Below are positions 42,636 to 52,739 of a DNA stretch of 64,000 bases, in pieces. The stretch is from a virus. Location: the IMG/VR virus record IMGVR_UViG_3300037493_003528, positions 14,811-78,810 of that record; one strand, written 5' to 3'. Positions within the stretch are counted from its first letter, which is position 1, and each line of letters opens with the position of its first letter. Under the pieces are notes generated by a model. That model ran no database searches. It saw nothing but the letters and a program-made list of their open reading frames with translations, and was not told where the DNA came from. The translations under genes and the position numbers were made by a program.

Positions 42636-44120
42636 ATGAAGAATTATTTTCATAAGGATGGTCGGGTGTGGATGCAGCGTAAGAAATTCGAACCTTACAT
42701 GCTCCTGCTTCCATACGGCATGACTAACATCACAGATCCTGTTGGTAACTTGAATGCTGTACGAGAGCCTAGTTCCAGTAAACGTGGTGCAAGCGTAATT
42801 ACCGATGTAGTTCGTGGTGAGCCTGGATTACCGCAGTTTCAGTTGGAAACACGGTTGCAGAAGACACTGAATTACCTGTTTGGATTGAAAGATTGCACTG
42901 TGCAGATGCAGGCTCATCTTGGTCGTTGTGACCGACCAGATAATTATTTTGCGTCATCTTTGGTAATGCACTGGGAACGTGCGCATCGTGGTGATTTGGG
43001 TATGGATCGTCTCTCTATCGTAGAGGGAGAAAATTCTCCAATTCAGACTCAGGTACCATTTGTTGCGGAAATTGGTCCTATGCTGTTTGACATGGACACT
43101 GAGTTCTCTTCAGCCAGAACCATTTTTGAGAGTGAAGATATTACTAGTATGTATTTCTTGGGAAGTGAGTGTTTGGAAGATTGCAAATCCCAGGAAGATG
43201 CCGGAGAAAATGGTTATGTTTCTACAACTGCTAAGATTGGTTCTATTACCAATATAGCAAATGTTTGGTCTACAATAGATGCTGGAGAAACTTGGGTTCA
43301 GACAACCACTAATCCATTTGCTGCTGCACTTGATATATCTGACGTTATTGCAATTGGTACTAAGACGAGTCATCGTGTAATTGTTTCCAATGGCACGACC
43401 AGAGTAGCTAATCCTGCTCAGGTTGCATATGCGGATGTTAGTATAGTTGGTACAACAACGTGGGTATCAGCTGTAGTAGGTTCTAAAAATGGTCAGTTCA
43501 TTAAAAAACTGTTTTTCTTGGATTGGATGCACGTTTATGCTCTTACCGATGATGGTTACATCTATATGTCAGGTGATGGTGGTGCTTCCTGGTCTGCAGT
43601 TTATTCATCTGGCACTACTGATTTATTGGATATGGGTGGTACTGCCAATGGTGTTTTGTGGGCAGTTGGTGAAACAAGTGTTATCCTTACCAGTGGTGAT
43701 TATGGTGCTACGTGGGATGCAGTTACGGCGCCTGCAGCTTTAACGTACAGTACTGTGTGTGTAACACCTGATGGAACTGTATTGATTGGATCATCTACAG
43801 GTTTAGTGTACGGTTCGTACGATGACGGTGCTAATTGGTCTACACTGTCGTTACAAGGCATAACTGCTACAGCTGTATCACGTATTAGAAGTTGGGGAGA
43901 TTCTAATATTTGGGTGATTGCCGAAACAGCTGGTGGTGGTAAAGCGTTGCGCTCCATTGATGGTGGTGCAACAATCAGGTTGTGGAAGTTAAATATGCCT
44001 ACTAATGTGGGATTAAATGCACTGTTCTTGGTAGATACCAATATGGTATTTGTTGGAGGTGATGCTGTTGCTGGTTCTGCATTTATTTCTAAAACAATAT
44101 CTAATGTGGTTGGTTTATAA
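42636..44120 (+). CDS. probable major tail protein with BNR/Asp-box beta-propeller
   Basis: AGGAGG RBS; SxDxGxTW repeats; precedes chaperone and tape measure. Confidence 0.55.
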   Translation: MKNYFHKDGRVWMQRKKFEPYMLLLPYGMTNITDPVGNLNAVREPSSSKRGASVITDVVRGEPGLPQFQLETRLQKTLNYLFGLKDCTVQMQAHLGRCDRPDNYFASSLVMHWERAHRGDLGMDRLSIVEGENSPIQTQVPFVAEIGPMLFDMDTEFSSARTIFESEDITSMYFLGSECLEDCKSQEDAGENGYVSTTAKIGSITNIANVWSTIDAGETWVQTTTNPFAAALDISDVIAIGTKTSHRVIVSNGTTRVANPAQVAYADVSIVGTTTWVSAVVGSKNGQFIKKLFFLDWMHVYALTDDGYIYMSGDGGASWSAVYSSGTTDLLDMGGTANGVLWAVGETSVILTSGDYGATWDAVTAPAALTYSTVCVTPDGTVLIGSSTGLVYGSYDDGANWSTLSLQGITATAVSRIRSWGDSNIWVIAETAGGGKALRSIDGGATIRLWKLNMPTNVGLNALFLVDTNMVFVGGDAVAGSAFISKTISNVVGL

Positions 44121-44144
44121 AGTCATTCTCATTATCTCCTTGAA

Positions 44145-44180
44145 AGAGCAGTAGGATTTACTCCTTTTTCCTACTGCTCT
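44145..44180 (+). other. 12-bp hairpin with anti-SD-like loop TTTACTCCTTTT
   Basis: AGAGCAGTAGGA / TCCTACTGCTCT; a second small hairpin GTCTCCC-TCAT-GGGAGAC follows. Confidence 0.55.
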
Positions 44181-44226
44181 AAGGATATTCTAGTAGTCTC
44201 CCTCATGGGAGACGTGGATTGAAACT

Positions 44227-44763
44227 ATGGATAACTTGAAATTGACATCTGGCTTTGTTATATCAATAAAACAATTATCGCCGTACTATTTGGATTTTAT
44301 AACTGAAGCGTTCCCTATGCCAGATTTCCCAGTGCGTAAGATTAAGTTGTTTTCTGGGGATATTATTGATTACGATTATGTTTTATCAGATACAATTCCT
44401 TCTGAGCCTGGAGAGGAGTTGGATTTATATCTGAAATATAAGAGAGTAGAGGTAGAATGTGCAAAAGTTGAAGTTGCTCGTCAGAGAGCTAAAAGAGATT
44501 ATTTGCTTGCTACATGCGTATTCATTGAAGATGGACCAATAAAGTTTGAGGATAAAGAGTGGGAATATAGGATGGAAGCAGCATTTCCAAACTATAAGAT
44601 TCCCACACATCCTGGTAGGAGAGCGTTGGCATTCCTGAAGGGAATTGCTATAACATCTAAGGAAGAGATGGAAATGATTATTAGTAGGTGTCTATATCAG
44701 GAGGTAGACATGCAGAGCATAATCACTGCTCTGCAGGGTTTTCGGTCTGAAATGGCACGATGA
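44227..44763 (+). CDS. tail assembly chaperone (G-like)
   Basis: Directly upstream of tape measure region; overlapping open frame downstream. Confidence 0.6.
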   Translation: MDNLKLTSGFVISIKQLSPYYLDFITEAFPMPDFPVRKIKLFSGDIIDYDYVLSDTIPSEPGEELDLYLKYKRVEVECAKVEVARQRAKRDYLLATCVFIEDGPIKFEDKEWEYRMEAAFPNYKIPTHPGRRALAFLKGIAITSKEEMEMIISRCLYQEVDMQSIITALQGFRSEMAR

Positions 44764-44992
44764 ACCATTAGTAGATGTAATTGCGGACAGAGATAATAAT
44801 GATGGTAAGGTTGGTTATAGTGTTAGATTGTTGGAAATGGAAACTGCAATGGCTTATTCAATTACTTATGATGACACTTGGTACACAATATCAGTATTAG
44901 CTAGAGCTAATATGATAGCTGGTAGATTGGGTAGGCAGTGGTTGGAATCGTTGCAACAGGAAGAGATTAATGAAACTATTGGAGTTAAGTAA
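44741..44992 (+). CDS. frameshift extension of tail chaperone (T-like), +1 frame
   Basis: Open frame FGLKWHDEPL...ETIGVK* lacking its own RBS; ends at TAATG overlap with tape measure. Confidence 0.5.
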   Translation, partial: FGLKWHDEPLVDVIADRDNNDGKVGYSVRLLEMETAMAYSITYDDTWYTISVLARANMIAGRLGRQWLESLQQEEINETIGVK

Positions 44993-47376
44993 TGAATGAT
45001 GATGATTCTGGTAGTAATGAGGTTGTATTTCAGGCAAGATTCAAGGATGAGACAGATTCATTCTTCCAGAAATTTGATGCAAGTATTGATAAAATATCTA
45101 CTAAAACAGAAGAAGGTTTTGGTAAAGTTACAGAGTCAATAGAATCTGTTGCACCAGCAGCAGGTGCTATGGCTGGAGTGGTGGCTGCACTTACAACTAA
45201 GTTGGCTGAGTGGGCAGTTCAATTTACACAAAACATACTGGATTTTATTAGTGCATCTGAATTGATTGCAGAAAAGACAGCGTCTTTGGGTGTCAGTTTG
45301 TCTGTTGTCGGTGAGAATGCTGGTGTATCCAATGCAGCACTAAATGAATATGAAGTTACGTTGAAGAAGATAGGATATACGAGTTCTGAATCCAGACAAG
45401 CTTTACTGAAAATGTTACAGGCTGAACTTGATTTGAGTGATTCAGCAAAATTAGCGAAGGTTGCTATGGATGCTGCTGCAGTAGGTGGTGTAGATCAGTA
45501 TACAGCATTGGAACGGATTATTACGTCGATAACGTATCAATCTCCACGAATGCTAAAAACATTGGGATTGGTTGTCGATTTTCAGGATGAGCTTAAGAAA
45601 GCAGCACTGGTTGCAGATAGGGCACTTACAGAGACAGAAAAGCGTCAGGTGTCTCTTAATGCAGTAATGACAGCAGGTCTGAAATTAGAGGGTGCTAGTG
45701 ATGCAGCACGAAATACTGCCACTGGACAAAAGATATTACAAGCTAATCAGATAAAAGATTTGCAGGAAACAATTGGTGGTATGTTTCAGGGCTCTACAGT
45801 TGAGATTCTTAAGACTGGAACAGAGGCATTGCAAGGGATTATTGAATATCTTGCTAGTAATAAGGAAAATATAGATTCAGTGAGAGGTTCTCTTGCTGGA
45901 ATAGTTGCATCTGTTATTGATATTACAGTGGCTACCGTAGAACTTTCTGTACCAATAATTGAAGTTATAGATAATATTACAAGATTGGGAGGACTACTTC
46001 CAACCATATCAGACTTGTTTAGTGATTTATTTAAGGATAAAACAGCTTTTGAGGTGGTGGTTGACTCACTAACAACAATTAATCAATTGCTTATGATGTA
46101 TGCATCACTAACTACAGCTATCGCTGGTCAGACTGATGATACGTGGGATAGACAAGCTGAAATATGGAAAACTCGTTTATATATGTTAACAAAAAAACTT
46201 TCTGTGTCTGAAGGGAAAGATAGAATTGCAGACTTAGAAGATGAACAGACATTTGTGGATTTGTTTAATGGAAAACTGAAGGAATTGGTGGAAACAGCTA
46301 AAAGTGCAGAGGATGCATTAAAAGGTACTACTGATGCTACTGATAATCTTGCAGAAAATGCAGCACGAAAATTGGATTCTGCTCTTGTTACTGCAAATGC
46401 ACAATTGAAGAAGTTGAAGGAAGATCAGGATTTAGCAGCATCTGAAAGAGTTATAAAGGTTCAGAGATCTGCAATAGAGGAAGAATTACGTCTCCAGTGG
46501 GCAAGAGAAGATCATGAGCGGTCTCACAATGAGCGGATCCAACAGATCTTGGTTAGTGCTGAAGAAAGAAAAGCAGAACTCGTAAAAACTGCATCAGAAA
46601 ATAAGTTGAATGCTGAGAAGGAATATAGTAGACGTTTACAGGATATATTAAATTCGTTCAACACAGAATCATCTGAGTTGATTAGGAAACGTGATGCAGT
46701 TGGATTGTTACAATTATCTCGTAATTATGATAAGTCACTAGCTAACGAGAAGGTTGTGCAGGAACGTCGTCGTAAGGATACTGAGGAAGCATATCAGAAG
46801 ACTATTAAGAATATTGATGAGTCTGTTAAGAAGCAGTTGCAGAAGGCAGATGAGGCACAAGCTAAAGAGTTAGAAAATTACCAGCGTGGTCTTGATAGAC
46901 AAAGACAATTGAAATTGTTGAATGATAAGTGGGCAGAGGAAGATAGGCAGAGAGCACTTGCTAGGACATTGGATACAATGGCAAAAGGATTTGTTGCCAT
47001 GGATGGCATGACTGCTGCAGGATTACGTAAAATATACGATCAGTGGGGTGCGTATTTTCAACATTTGGGTACTATGATAACAGGTTGGTCGCAGTGGATA
47101 GCTGCAGGTGTGACATTTAGTGGATTATCTAATCCTGCACTTAATCCCAAACTTCCAACGGTTACAAAAGGACAAGCTGGAATAGTATCACAAATGTTGG
47201 TTCCCGAAGCACTAAAAATGGCTCCCAGCATTGGTCAGACTCCTTATACAACTCCATCATCTACTAATTACGAGAAACGTGATATAAAGATAACTGTTGA
47301 TGGAAATGCATTAAGTCCTTACATCCAGAGAGTTGTTGTAAATACCTTGATGGAGATAGAGAGGAATCGTGGTTAA
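44992..47376 (+). CDS. tape measure protein
   Basis: Ala/Leu-rich helical, SPRMLKTLG motif, long coiled coil. Confidence 0.8.
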   Translation: MNDDDSGSNEVVFQARFKDETDSFFQKFDASIDKISTKTEEGFGKVTESIESVAPAAGAMAGVVAALTTKLAEWAVQFTQNILDFISASELIAEKTASLGVSLSVVGENAGVSNAALNEYEVTLKKIGYTSSESRQALLKMLQAELDLSDSAKLAKVAMDAAAVGGVDQYTALERIITSITYQSPRMLKTLGLVVDFQDELKKAALVADRALTETEKRQVSLNAVMTAGLKLEGASDAARNTATGQKILQANQIKDLQETIGGMFQGSTVEILKTGTEALQGIIEYLASNKENIDSVRGSLAGIVASVIDITVATVELSVPIIEVIDNITRLGGLLPTISDLFSDLFKDKTAFEVVVDSLTTINQLLMMYASLTTAIAGQTDDTWDRQAEIWKTRLYMLTKKLSVSEGKDRIADLEDEQTFVDLFNGKLKELVETAKSAEDALKGTTDATDNLAENAARKLDSALVTANAQLKKLKEDQDLAASERVIKVQRSAIEEELRLQWAREDHERSHNERIQQILVSAEERKAELVKTASENKLNAEKEYSRRLQDILNSFNTESSELIRKRDAVGLLQLSRNYDKSLANEKVVQERRRKDTEEAYQKTIKNIDESVKKQLQKADEAQAKELENYQRGLDRQRQLKLLNDKWAEEDRQRALARTLDTMAKGFVAMDGMTAAGLRKIYDQWGAYFQHLGTMITGWSQWIAAGVTFSGLSNPALNPKLPTVTKGQAGIVSQMLVPEALKMAPSIGQTPYTTPSSTNYEKRDIKITVDGNALSPYIQRVVVNTLMEIERNRG

Positions 47377-47821
47377 TAGTAATTATAATAAGGACACGTC
47401 ATATAAAATTGGAGCATCGCTTACAGCAATGGTTGCTCTTAGAGATCTTAACATAGGTGTACCTGATCAGGTTACGTTTAAACCTGCTGGTCTGTCTTAT
47501 GTAAGAGCAGACTATTCTAGGGTGTCAGATGGTGCTGCAATGGCGTCTTGGGTTTGGGATATTATATCTATTCACAAGTTAGCGTTGCTGTTGAATTTCT
47601 TGAATGGAACCACATTTGCAAGCGTTTATATACAAACCGATGTAAGGGATGGTACGTTTGCAATTCCTAAAAATGCATTTAAGGTTTTTTCTGCTATTAT
47701 GTGGAAGCCATTACTATATGGTGAGGACGGTGTTCCAGTTGCCAGGAGTCCTTATGCTATGCAAACAGTTAATATTCAGTTTGTAAATTTGGTGGAGCAG
47801 ATTGGATATCTTAGTTTATGA
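47369..47821 (+). CDS. putative distal tail protein
   Basis: Position after tape measure. Confidence 0.5.
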   Translation: MVNSNYNKDTSYKIGASLTAMVALRDLNIGVPDQVTFKPAGLSYVRADYSRVSDGAAMASWVWDIISIHKLALLLNFLNGTTFASVYIQTDVRDGTFAIPKNAFKVFSAIMWKPLLYGEDGVPVARSPYAMQTVNIQFVNLVEQIGYLSL

Positions 47822-50145
47822 GCACCATATCACCTGCAGAACTTGTAACTCTTAGGACAAAACATCCTCACAGTGGGAAGTTTTATTTATCAATTTTATC
47901 TCCTACCGTTGTGTATTGTGGGAAGATATCTATTGCTATTGTTAGAGGTGCAACACAAATAACGTTATCCAACATTAGTGGTGATATTGCAAATGTTGTT
48001 GAAGGTAATACAATTTATGTTGGTATGGCGTGTGGGGATTATAGTGTTTCTATCAGACGATACAGGTCCAGAGTTGGAAATGTTATTACAGTAGACGAAA
48101 ATTCTGTGGTGTGGGATGTTTCTCACTACATAACAATTCTTGATAATCATGAAGTATTCCCAATATATCCCTTTATTTCTGATACTACACCATTTGTTTT
48201 TTACAAGGATAAGGACATAGTTTATTCAGATCAGAATACATATCCTCCTCCAGTTGCAATAGCTGGTGCTCCAAAGGTTGGTTTTCTGACTGCTGGTATG
48301 ATAACGTTCGACTTGGATGCAAGTGATAGTTATGTAATTGCTAGTGGTGCCACAATTACAACATATCACTGGGAGTGCTCCAGTGGTAGTATAGCAAATA
48401 GTAACATTGCTGTTACAACTATTTCATTTACTGTTGCAGGGCAATATTGGTTAAAGTTAACAGTAACTGATTCCAATAATAAGTCGCAAATAACTTATAG
48501 ACGTATTTATGTGCATGAGAGAAGTGGTGTAAATGCTCCATGCCTTGATTTTGAGATTACATCTAATCCTAATGGCTCTTACGATTCTGGTTGGAGTATG
48601 AGGGTGAAGTTACTGAAGGGAGCAGAACTAACAAATATATCAGATGGTACTCAGGTAGTTTTGTGGTATGAATCTTACTACGATGGTGTTGAACAGTATA
48701 TTGGTGATGCTGGTAATGTTAGGTTGGTTGGATACATAAGATCTGAGACAGTTAATAGGCAATTATCGTTGGGATATGTTGAGTTTGAGGTTGCTACGAT
48801 AGATGCTGTTTTGGATGCTTGTAATATGTTTAGTATATCGCTCGAAGAAAATGCTATAGTTGATACATGGTATAAATTTCCAACCACAACATTAACGGTT
48901 GCTAGGGCAATACACCATTTGTGGAAATGGCATAGCACTTTGTTTGAAGTATGCGATGTGTTTTTACCAGTAATAAATACCAACACAATGTCTGCATGTG
49001 ATGATATGGAGAATGGAACGTTATTAACTCTTACGAGTTGGGCATATTCTAATGGTATTTATGCTAAGACATGTTGTGACAAACTTGGTAGAATGCACGT
49101 GGAAGAGGATTTGTTACTGGTGTCATTGACAAGACAAGCTGCAGTTCCTGTGGTTTTGGATATATTAGCAGTGGATAGACGTGGTGAATCAGATGTTCAG
49201 TATGTTAGGAATGGTGAAGCTAAGACAGCATCTGTTTTGGCATCAGGAGTTGCTTATATTGGAGGATTGTATACTCCAATAATGTCTTTAGCTCCAGGGA
49301 ATGTTCCAAACAATAGAGGGAAGAATACTGTAGTTGCGGAACGGTTGTGTTTAGCAACTCAGGCACAATTGAATGAGTTGTGTGGTAGATTGTTATCAAT
49401 GGAGAATAGGGAGTTTATAGAGATACGTTTGTCATTTGCTGGTAACTATCCAGTTGATGTAATAGCTCAGGAATGGTTTACTATTACATTACCAACTGAT
49501 GCTCGTGGTGTTACATTTGATAATATCAGAATGGTATGTAGGTCAGTCACCGATGTAATAGATATGATGAATGGAACGGTATATTCAGAATGCTCATTTG
49601 AGTTGATGGTAAAAAGCGTTTCTGGTACAACTGAACCAATAGTAGATCCAATAGATGAACCACCAGCACCACCAGTAGTTTATCCAGAAACACCGTTACC
49701 ACCATATGACCCACCACCACCTTATTACCCACCTTATTACCCACCTTATACACCACCTTATACACCACCTGGATCTGGCAATTTGTTTGGATTTAGCACG
49801 TACATTGGTTTTAGTAATGCAGTACTGTCATTGGGTATTCAAGGATATACAGAAATACCGTTCAATTGTGTTATTTACAAGTGGGTACTATTATCTGCCA
49901 TAACTGGCAGTGTGGTTGTGGATATTTGGAAAGTGCCATACATATCTTTTCCACCAACAAGTTTAAATTCCATAACTGGGTCCGCTAAACCAACGTTACT
50001 TAATGCATATAAATCTTATGGTAGTGGAACATTACTGGTTGGATGGAATAAAACATTACTGAAGGGTGACATTTTGGGATTTAGTGTTATAAGTGTTTCG
50101 TTAGTTAAAAGAGTTACTTTGAGTATAACTGGGACACGATTATAA
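47818..50145 (+). CDS. tail tip/hub protein with PKD-like domain and Pro-Tyr linker
   Basis: PPVAIAG..FDLDASDS..YHW..LTVTDS; PPYY/PPYT 12-bp repeats near 49720-49770. Confidence 0.6.
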   Translation: MSTISPAELVTLRTKHPHSGKFYLSILSPTVVYCGKISIAIVRGATQITLSNISGDIANVVEGNTIYVGMACGDYSVSIRRYRSRVGNVITVDENSVVWDVSHYITILDNHEVFPIYPFISDTTPFVFYKDKDIVYSDQNTYPPPVAIAGAPKVGFLTAGMITFDLDASDSYVIASGATITTYHWECSSGSIANSNIAVTTISFTVAGQYWLKLTVTDSNNKSQITYRRIYVHERSGVNAPCLDFEITSNPNGSYDSGWSMRVKLLKGAELTNISDGTQVVLWYESYYDGVEQYIGDAGNVRLVGYIRSETVNRQLSLGYVEFEVATIDAVLDACNMFSISLEENAIVDTWYKFPTTTLTVARAIHHLWKWHSTLFEVCDVFLPVINTNTMSACDDMENGTLLTLTSWAYSNGIYAKTCCDKLGRMHVEEDLLLVSLTRQAAVPVVLDILAVDRRGESDVQYVRNGEAKTASVLASGVAYIGGLYTPIMSLAPGNVPNNRGKNTVVAERLCLATQAQLNELCGRLLSMENREFIEIRLSFAGNYPVDVIAQEWFTITLPTDARGVTFDNIRMVCRSVTDVIDMMNGTVYSECSFELMVKSVSGTTEPIVDPIDEPPAPPVVYPETPLPPYDPPPPYYPPYYPPYTPPYTPPGSGNLFGFSTYIGFSNAVLSLGIQGYTEIPFNCVIYKWVLLSAITGSVVVDIWKVPYISFPPTSLNSITGSAKPTLLNAYKSYGSGTLLVGWNKTLLKGDILGFSVISVSLVKRVTLSITGTRL

Positions 50146-51294
50146 ATGGCAGCAACCATTGTATGGACCAGATGTTATCCTACAGGTGATGAAAGTTACA
50201 ATGCTGTTGCGTATTCGTTTTGTATGACTAGTGGTGATTTCAGATATGTTAGTGTTTTATGTCTGTATATGGTTGGTGGTGTATTAAGTGGTGGTCTATA
50301 TTTTTCAAATGATTATGGTAAAACATATATATTAAAGTTTCCAATTGTGACTGGCATGGATGGAATAGTTACGATGGTATATATATTTGGCATGAGTCAT
50401 TCTGGTCAATATATGCTCGCAATTAATGTAGTTAATTCAGGGTATGGTACAAAAAATATTATAGTATCACGAGATTTTGGAGTTACTTGGTCTGATGTTG
50501 ATATAACTTGTAATGTTGGATTATTAGTACCCTGCTCCAGTAAATGTATTAGTGATGATGGTTCTATTATGCTTATTGGGGTTCGTCCGATAAGTCAGTT
50601 TGAAGTTATAGGTTCGAGTCCTAATTTATATATATCAAAAAATTTTGGAGTTACATGGACTCCAAATTATCCAGAATTATCAACTGCAAATATAAATGCT
50701 CATGTGGGAACTCCGAGTTGTAATGGTTCAGGAACTGTTTTAATGTGTGGATTATATTTGAGTTATTATGATAATCGTAATGTTAATTGGTTGTTGAGAT
50801 CAGATGATTTAGGAACAACTTGGCAAAGATGTGATACTGGTACTGATATACCAATATATGCACTGCAATATATGCAGGGCATTGGTATATCTGATGGTGG
50901 TACTAGAATGGTTGCAGCAATACACGATTTATTTCAGTGTCCGACGTATCTAGTTAGATATTCTGATTGTAATTGGAGTTGGAGGGATTCACAACAATCA
51001 TACTATGATTATGCATGTTGTGATGGACTTGGTAATATGTATTTCCGTACCTCACATGGTATTTATAGTGGTGGACACGGATTAATTTTTTCCAGTAATT
51101 GGGGTGCTAGTACCAGCATAGAATTTGGGAGAGCTGTGTATAGTGCATGTATTGATAAAGCAGGTGAAAATGCCTGTGCTGCAGTAATGGCTGGAGCACA
51201 TGGTGATTATGCCATAGACGATGTTGATGATGATGCTGCATTTTATTTGGGTGTGATAGTCAAGGATACAGCTTATACAATTTGGTGGAATTGA
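50146..51294 (+). CDS. BNR/Asp-box beta-propeller protein (putative receptor binding)
   Basis: SNDYGKT, SRDFGVTW, SKNFGVTW, SDDLGTTW. Confidence 0.7.
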   Translation: MAATIVWTRCYPTGDESYNAVAYSFCMTSGDFRYVSVLCLYMVGGVLSGGLYFSNDYGKTYILKFPIVTGMDGIVTMVYIFGMSHSGQYMLAINVVNSGYGTKNIIVSRDFGVTWSDVDITCNVGLLVPCSSKCISDDGSIMLIGVRPISQFEVIGSSPNLYISKNFGVTWTPNYPELSTANINAHVGTPSCNGSGTVLMCGLYLSYYDNRNVNWLLRSDDLGTTWQRCDTGTDIPIYALQYMQGIGISDGGTRMVAAIHDLFQCPTYLVRYSDCNWSWRDSQQSYYDYACCDGLGNMYFRTSHGIYSGGHGLIFSSNWGASTSIEFGRAVYSACIDKAGENACAAVMAGAHGDYAIDDVDDDAAFYLGVIVKDTAYTIWWN

Positions 51295-51296
51295 TA

Positions 51297-52130
51297 ATGA
51301 ATAATGATATTAAAGATTTAATAATAGCACGAATTAACCGTGATTCTGTAAAACAGGATGGTATTGCAACAGTAAAGGGTATAACTGTTGGTGTGGATTT
51401 ATCTAATAGTTGCGAAGTAACAGGTCGTCCTGGTTTTGTTTGGGTAAAGGAAAATTCGCAGGATGGTGCAGTATTTCAGGCATTTAACACGACGATAAAG
51501 ACATTGGTAGGATTGCCAGTAATAGTTTCCAGGGGTGCAAATAAGGTTTATCGAAGAGTCATTACTGGCATTGATTGGGATGTTATACCTGGAACGTCTT
51601 ATGTTGGTGAACCATATACTGTTCTAAATCACAACGAGACACATGAATGGCAGGACACATTACCAGGAATTGATGCAGTAAACGTTTATCCACGATCTAT
51701 AGCACCAATGAGAGTTTATCCAGGTTCTGGTGTTACTATAAGTGTTTCTAGAGGTATTTACATATATAATAGAGTTGTGTATGATTTTGTAGGTGAGGTA
51801 TCATATAACCTTCTTTCATATGTACCACCATCAGGTTATAATGTTGGAATATTTATATATTTAGATTTTGTTACTGGTACATTACAATCAGTTGTTGGGA
51901 CACCTATTCTTATTGCAGTTGGTGAGCCTGTATATCCAACAATTCTTAATGGTGTGTTCCCATTGTGTTATGTAAAATTGTTTGATACAACTACTTACAT
52001 TTCTGAGATCAATATTATTAGGGATCTTAGACCATTGTATTCTTTCGAAACAGGTATGGATAGTAATGTGGCTATTTTAGCTGCAGAGTTGGACATGGAA
52101 ATTTCTAGACATAAAGTAGAAGGCTTGTAG
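51297..52130 (+). CDS. putative tail/baseplate protein
   Basis: Position; start revised to ATG 51297. Confidence 0.5.
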   Translation: MNNDIKDLIIARINRDSVKQDGIATVKGITVGVDLSNSCEVTGRPGFVWVKENSQDGAVFQAFNTTIKTLVGLPVIVSRGANKVYRRVITGIDWDVIPGTSYVGEPYTVLNHNETHEWQDTLPGIDAVNVYPRSIAPMRVYPGSGVTISVSRGIYIYNRVVYDFVGEVSYNLLSYVPPSGYNVGIFIYLDFVTGTLQSVVGTPILIAVGEPVYPTILNGVFPLCYVKLFDTTTYISEINIIRDLRPLYSFETGMDSNVAILAAELDMEISRHKVEGL

Positions 52131-52138
52131 GAGGTATT

Positions 52139-52627
52139 ATGAGTTACGGAAATACAGTTAAAGATGGTAGTGGTAGTTTTTATCATAATTTATGTGATGT
52201 TAATGGTCGTCTTATTGTATCAAGGTTTGATACATTTGTTGTATCTGATGTAACTGCAGATGATAGCGATAAAAGTTTTACAGTACCTGCGAATTACATT
52301 TATATTATTTATGGTATAAGAGTTACACTTACTACAACTGCTTCTGCTGGTAATCGCAATATGGCTGTAACAATCACTGATGGTACCAATGTCCTATGTG
52401 AAGTTAGAGCAGGAATAGTTCAGACTGCATCGTTGGCACGATATTATACATTTTCACAGGACGTACCAGAACTAACAGCATATAGGGATACTGATTATTT
52501 ATCAACACTTATACCCAGTTTTCCATTACCTGTTGGGTATGTTGTCAGAGTGTATGATAGAAAAGCAATTGATGTTGCTGCAGATGATATGTTGGTTCAC
52601 ATCACATTTGGGAGAATGCAAGTTTAG
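52139..52627 (+). CDS. putative small structural protein
   Basis: AGGAGGT RBS, beta-rich. Confidence 0.55.
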   Translation: MSYGNTVKDGSGSFYHNLCDVNGRLIVSRFDTFVVSDVTADDSDKSFTVPANYIYIIYGIRVTLTTTASAGNRNMAVTITDGTNVLCEVRAGIVQTASLARYYTFSQDVPELTAYRDTDYLSTLIPSFPLPVGYVVRVYDRKAIDVAADDMLVHITFGRMQV

Positions 52628-52629
52628 TA
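52619..52629 (+). promoter_or_regulatory. promoter-like motif CAAGTTTAGTA
   Basis: Overlaps TAG stop; directly upstream of the long hairpin. Confidence 0.6.
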
Positions 52630-52639
52630 GTGTAGGATG

Positions 52640-52733
52640 AATAATTATCTACAGTCTGGGTGAATGCCGTTGCCTCCTAAGGTTGTGCCGACCTAGATTC
52701 ACAGGGTATTCACTCAGACTATAGGTAATTATT
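52640..52733 (+). ncRNA. candidate structured RNA: 29-bp stem with 36-nt antisense loop
   Basis: 52640-52668 pairs with 52705-52733 (3 G-U, 1 mismatch on + strand); loop complementary to 56862-56894. Confidence 0.6.
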
Positions 52734-52739
52734 ATTTAC

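Noticed and set aside
44736-44742. Canonical -1 frameshift at GGGTTTT
   Set aside because: The -1 frame terminates after two codons.
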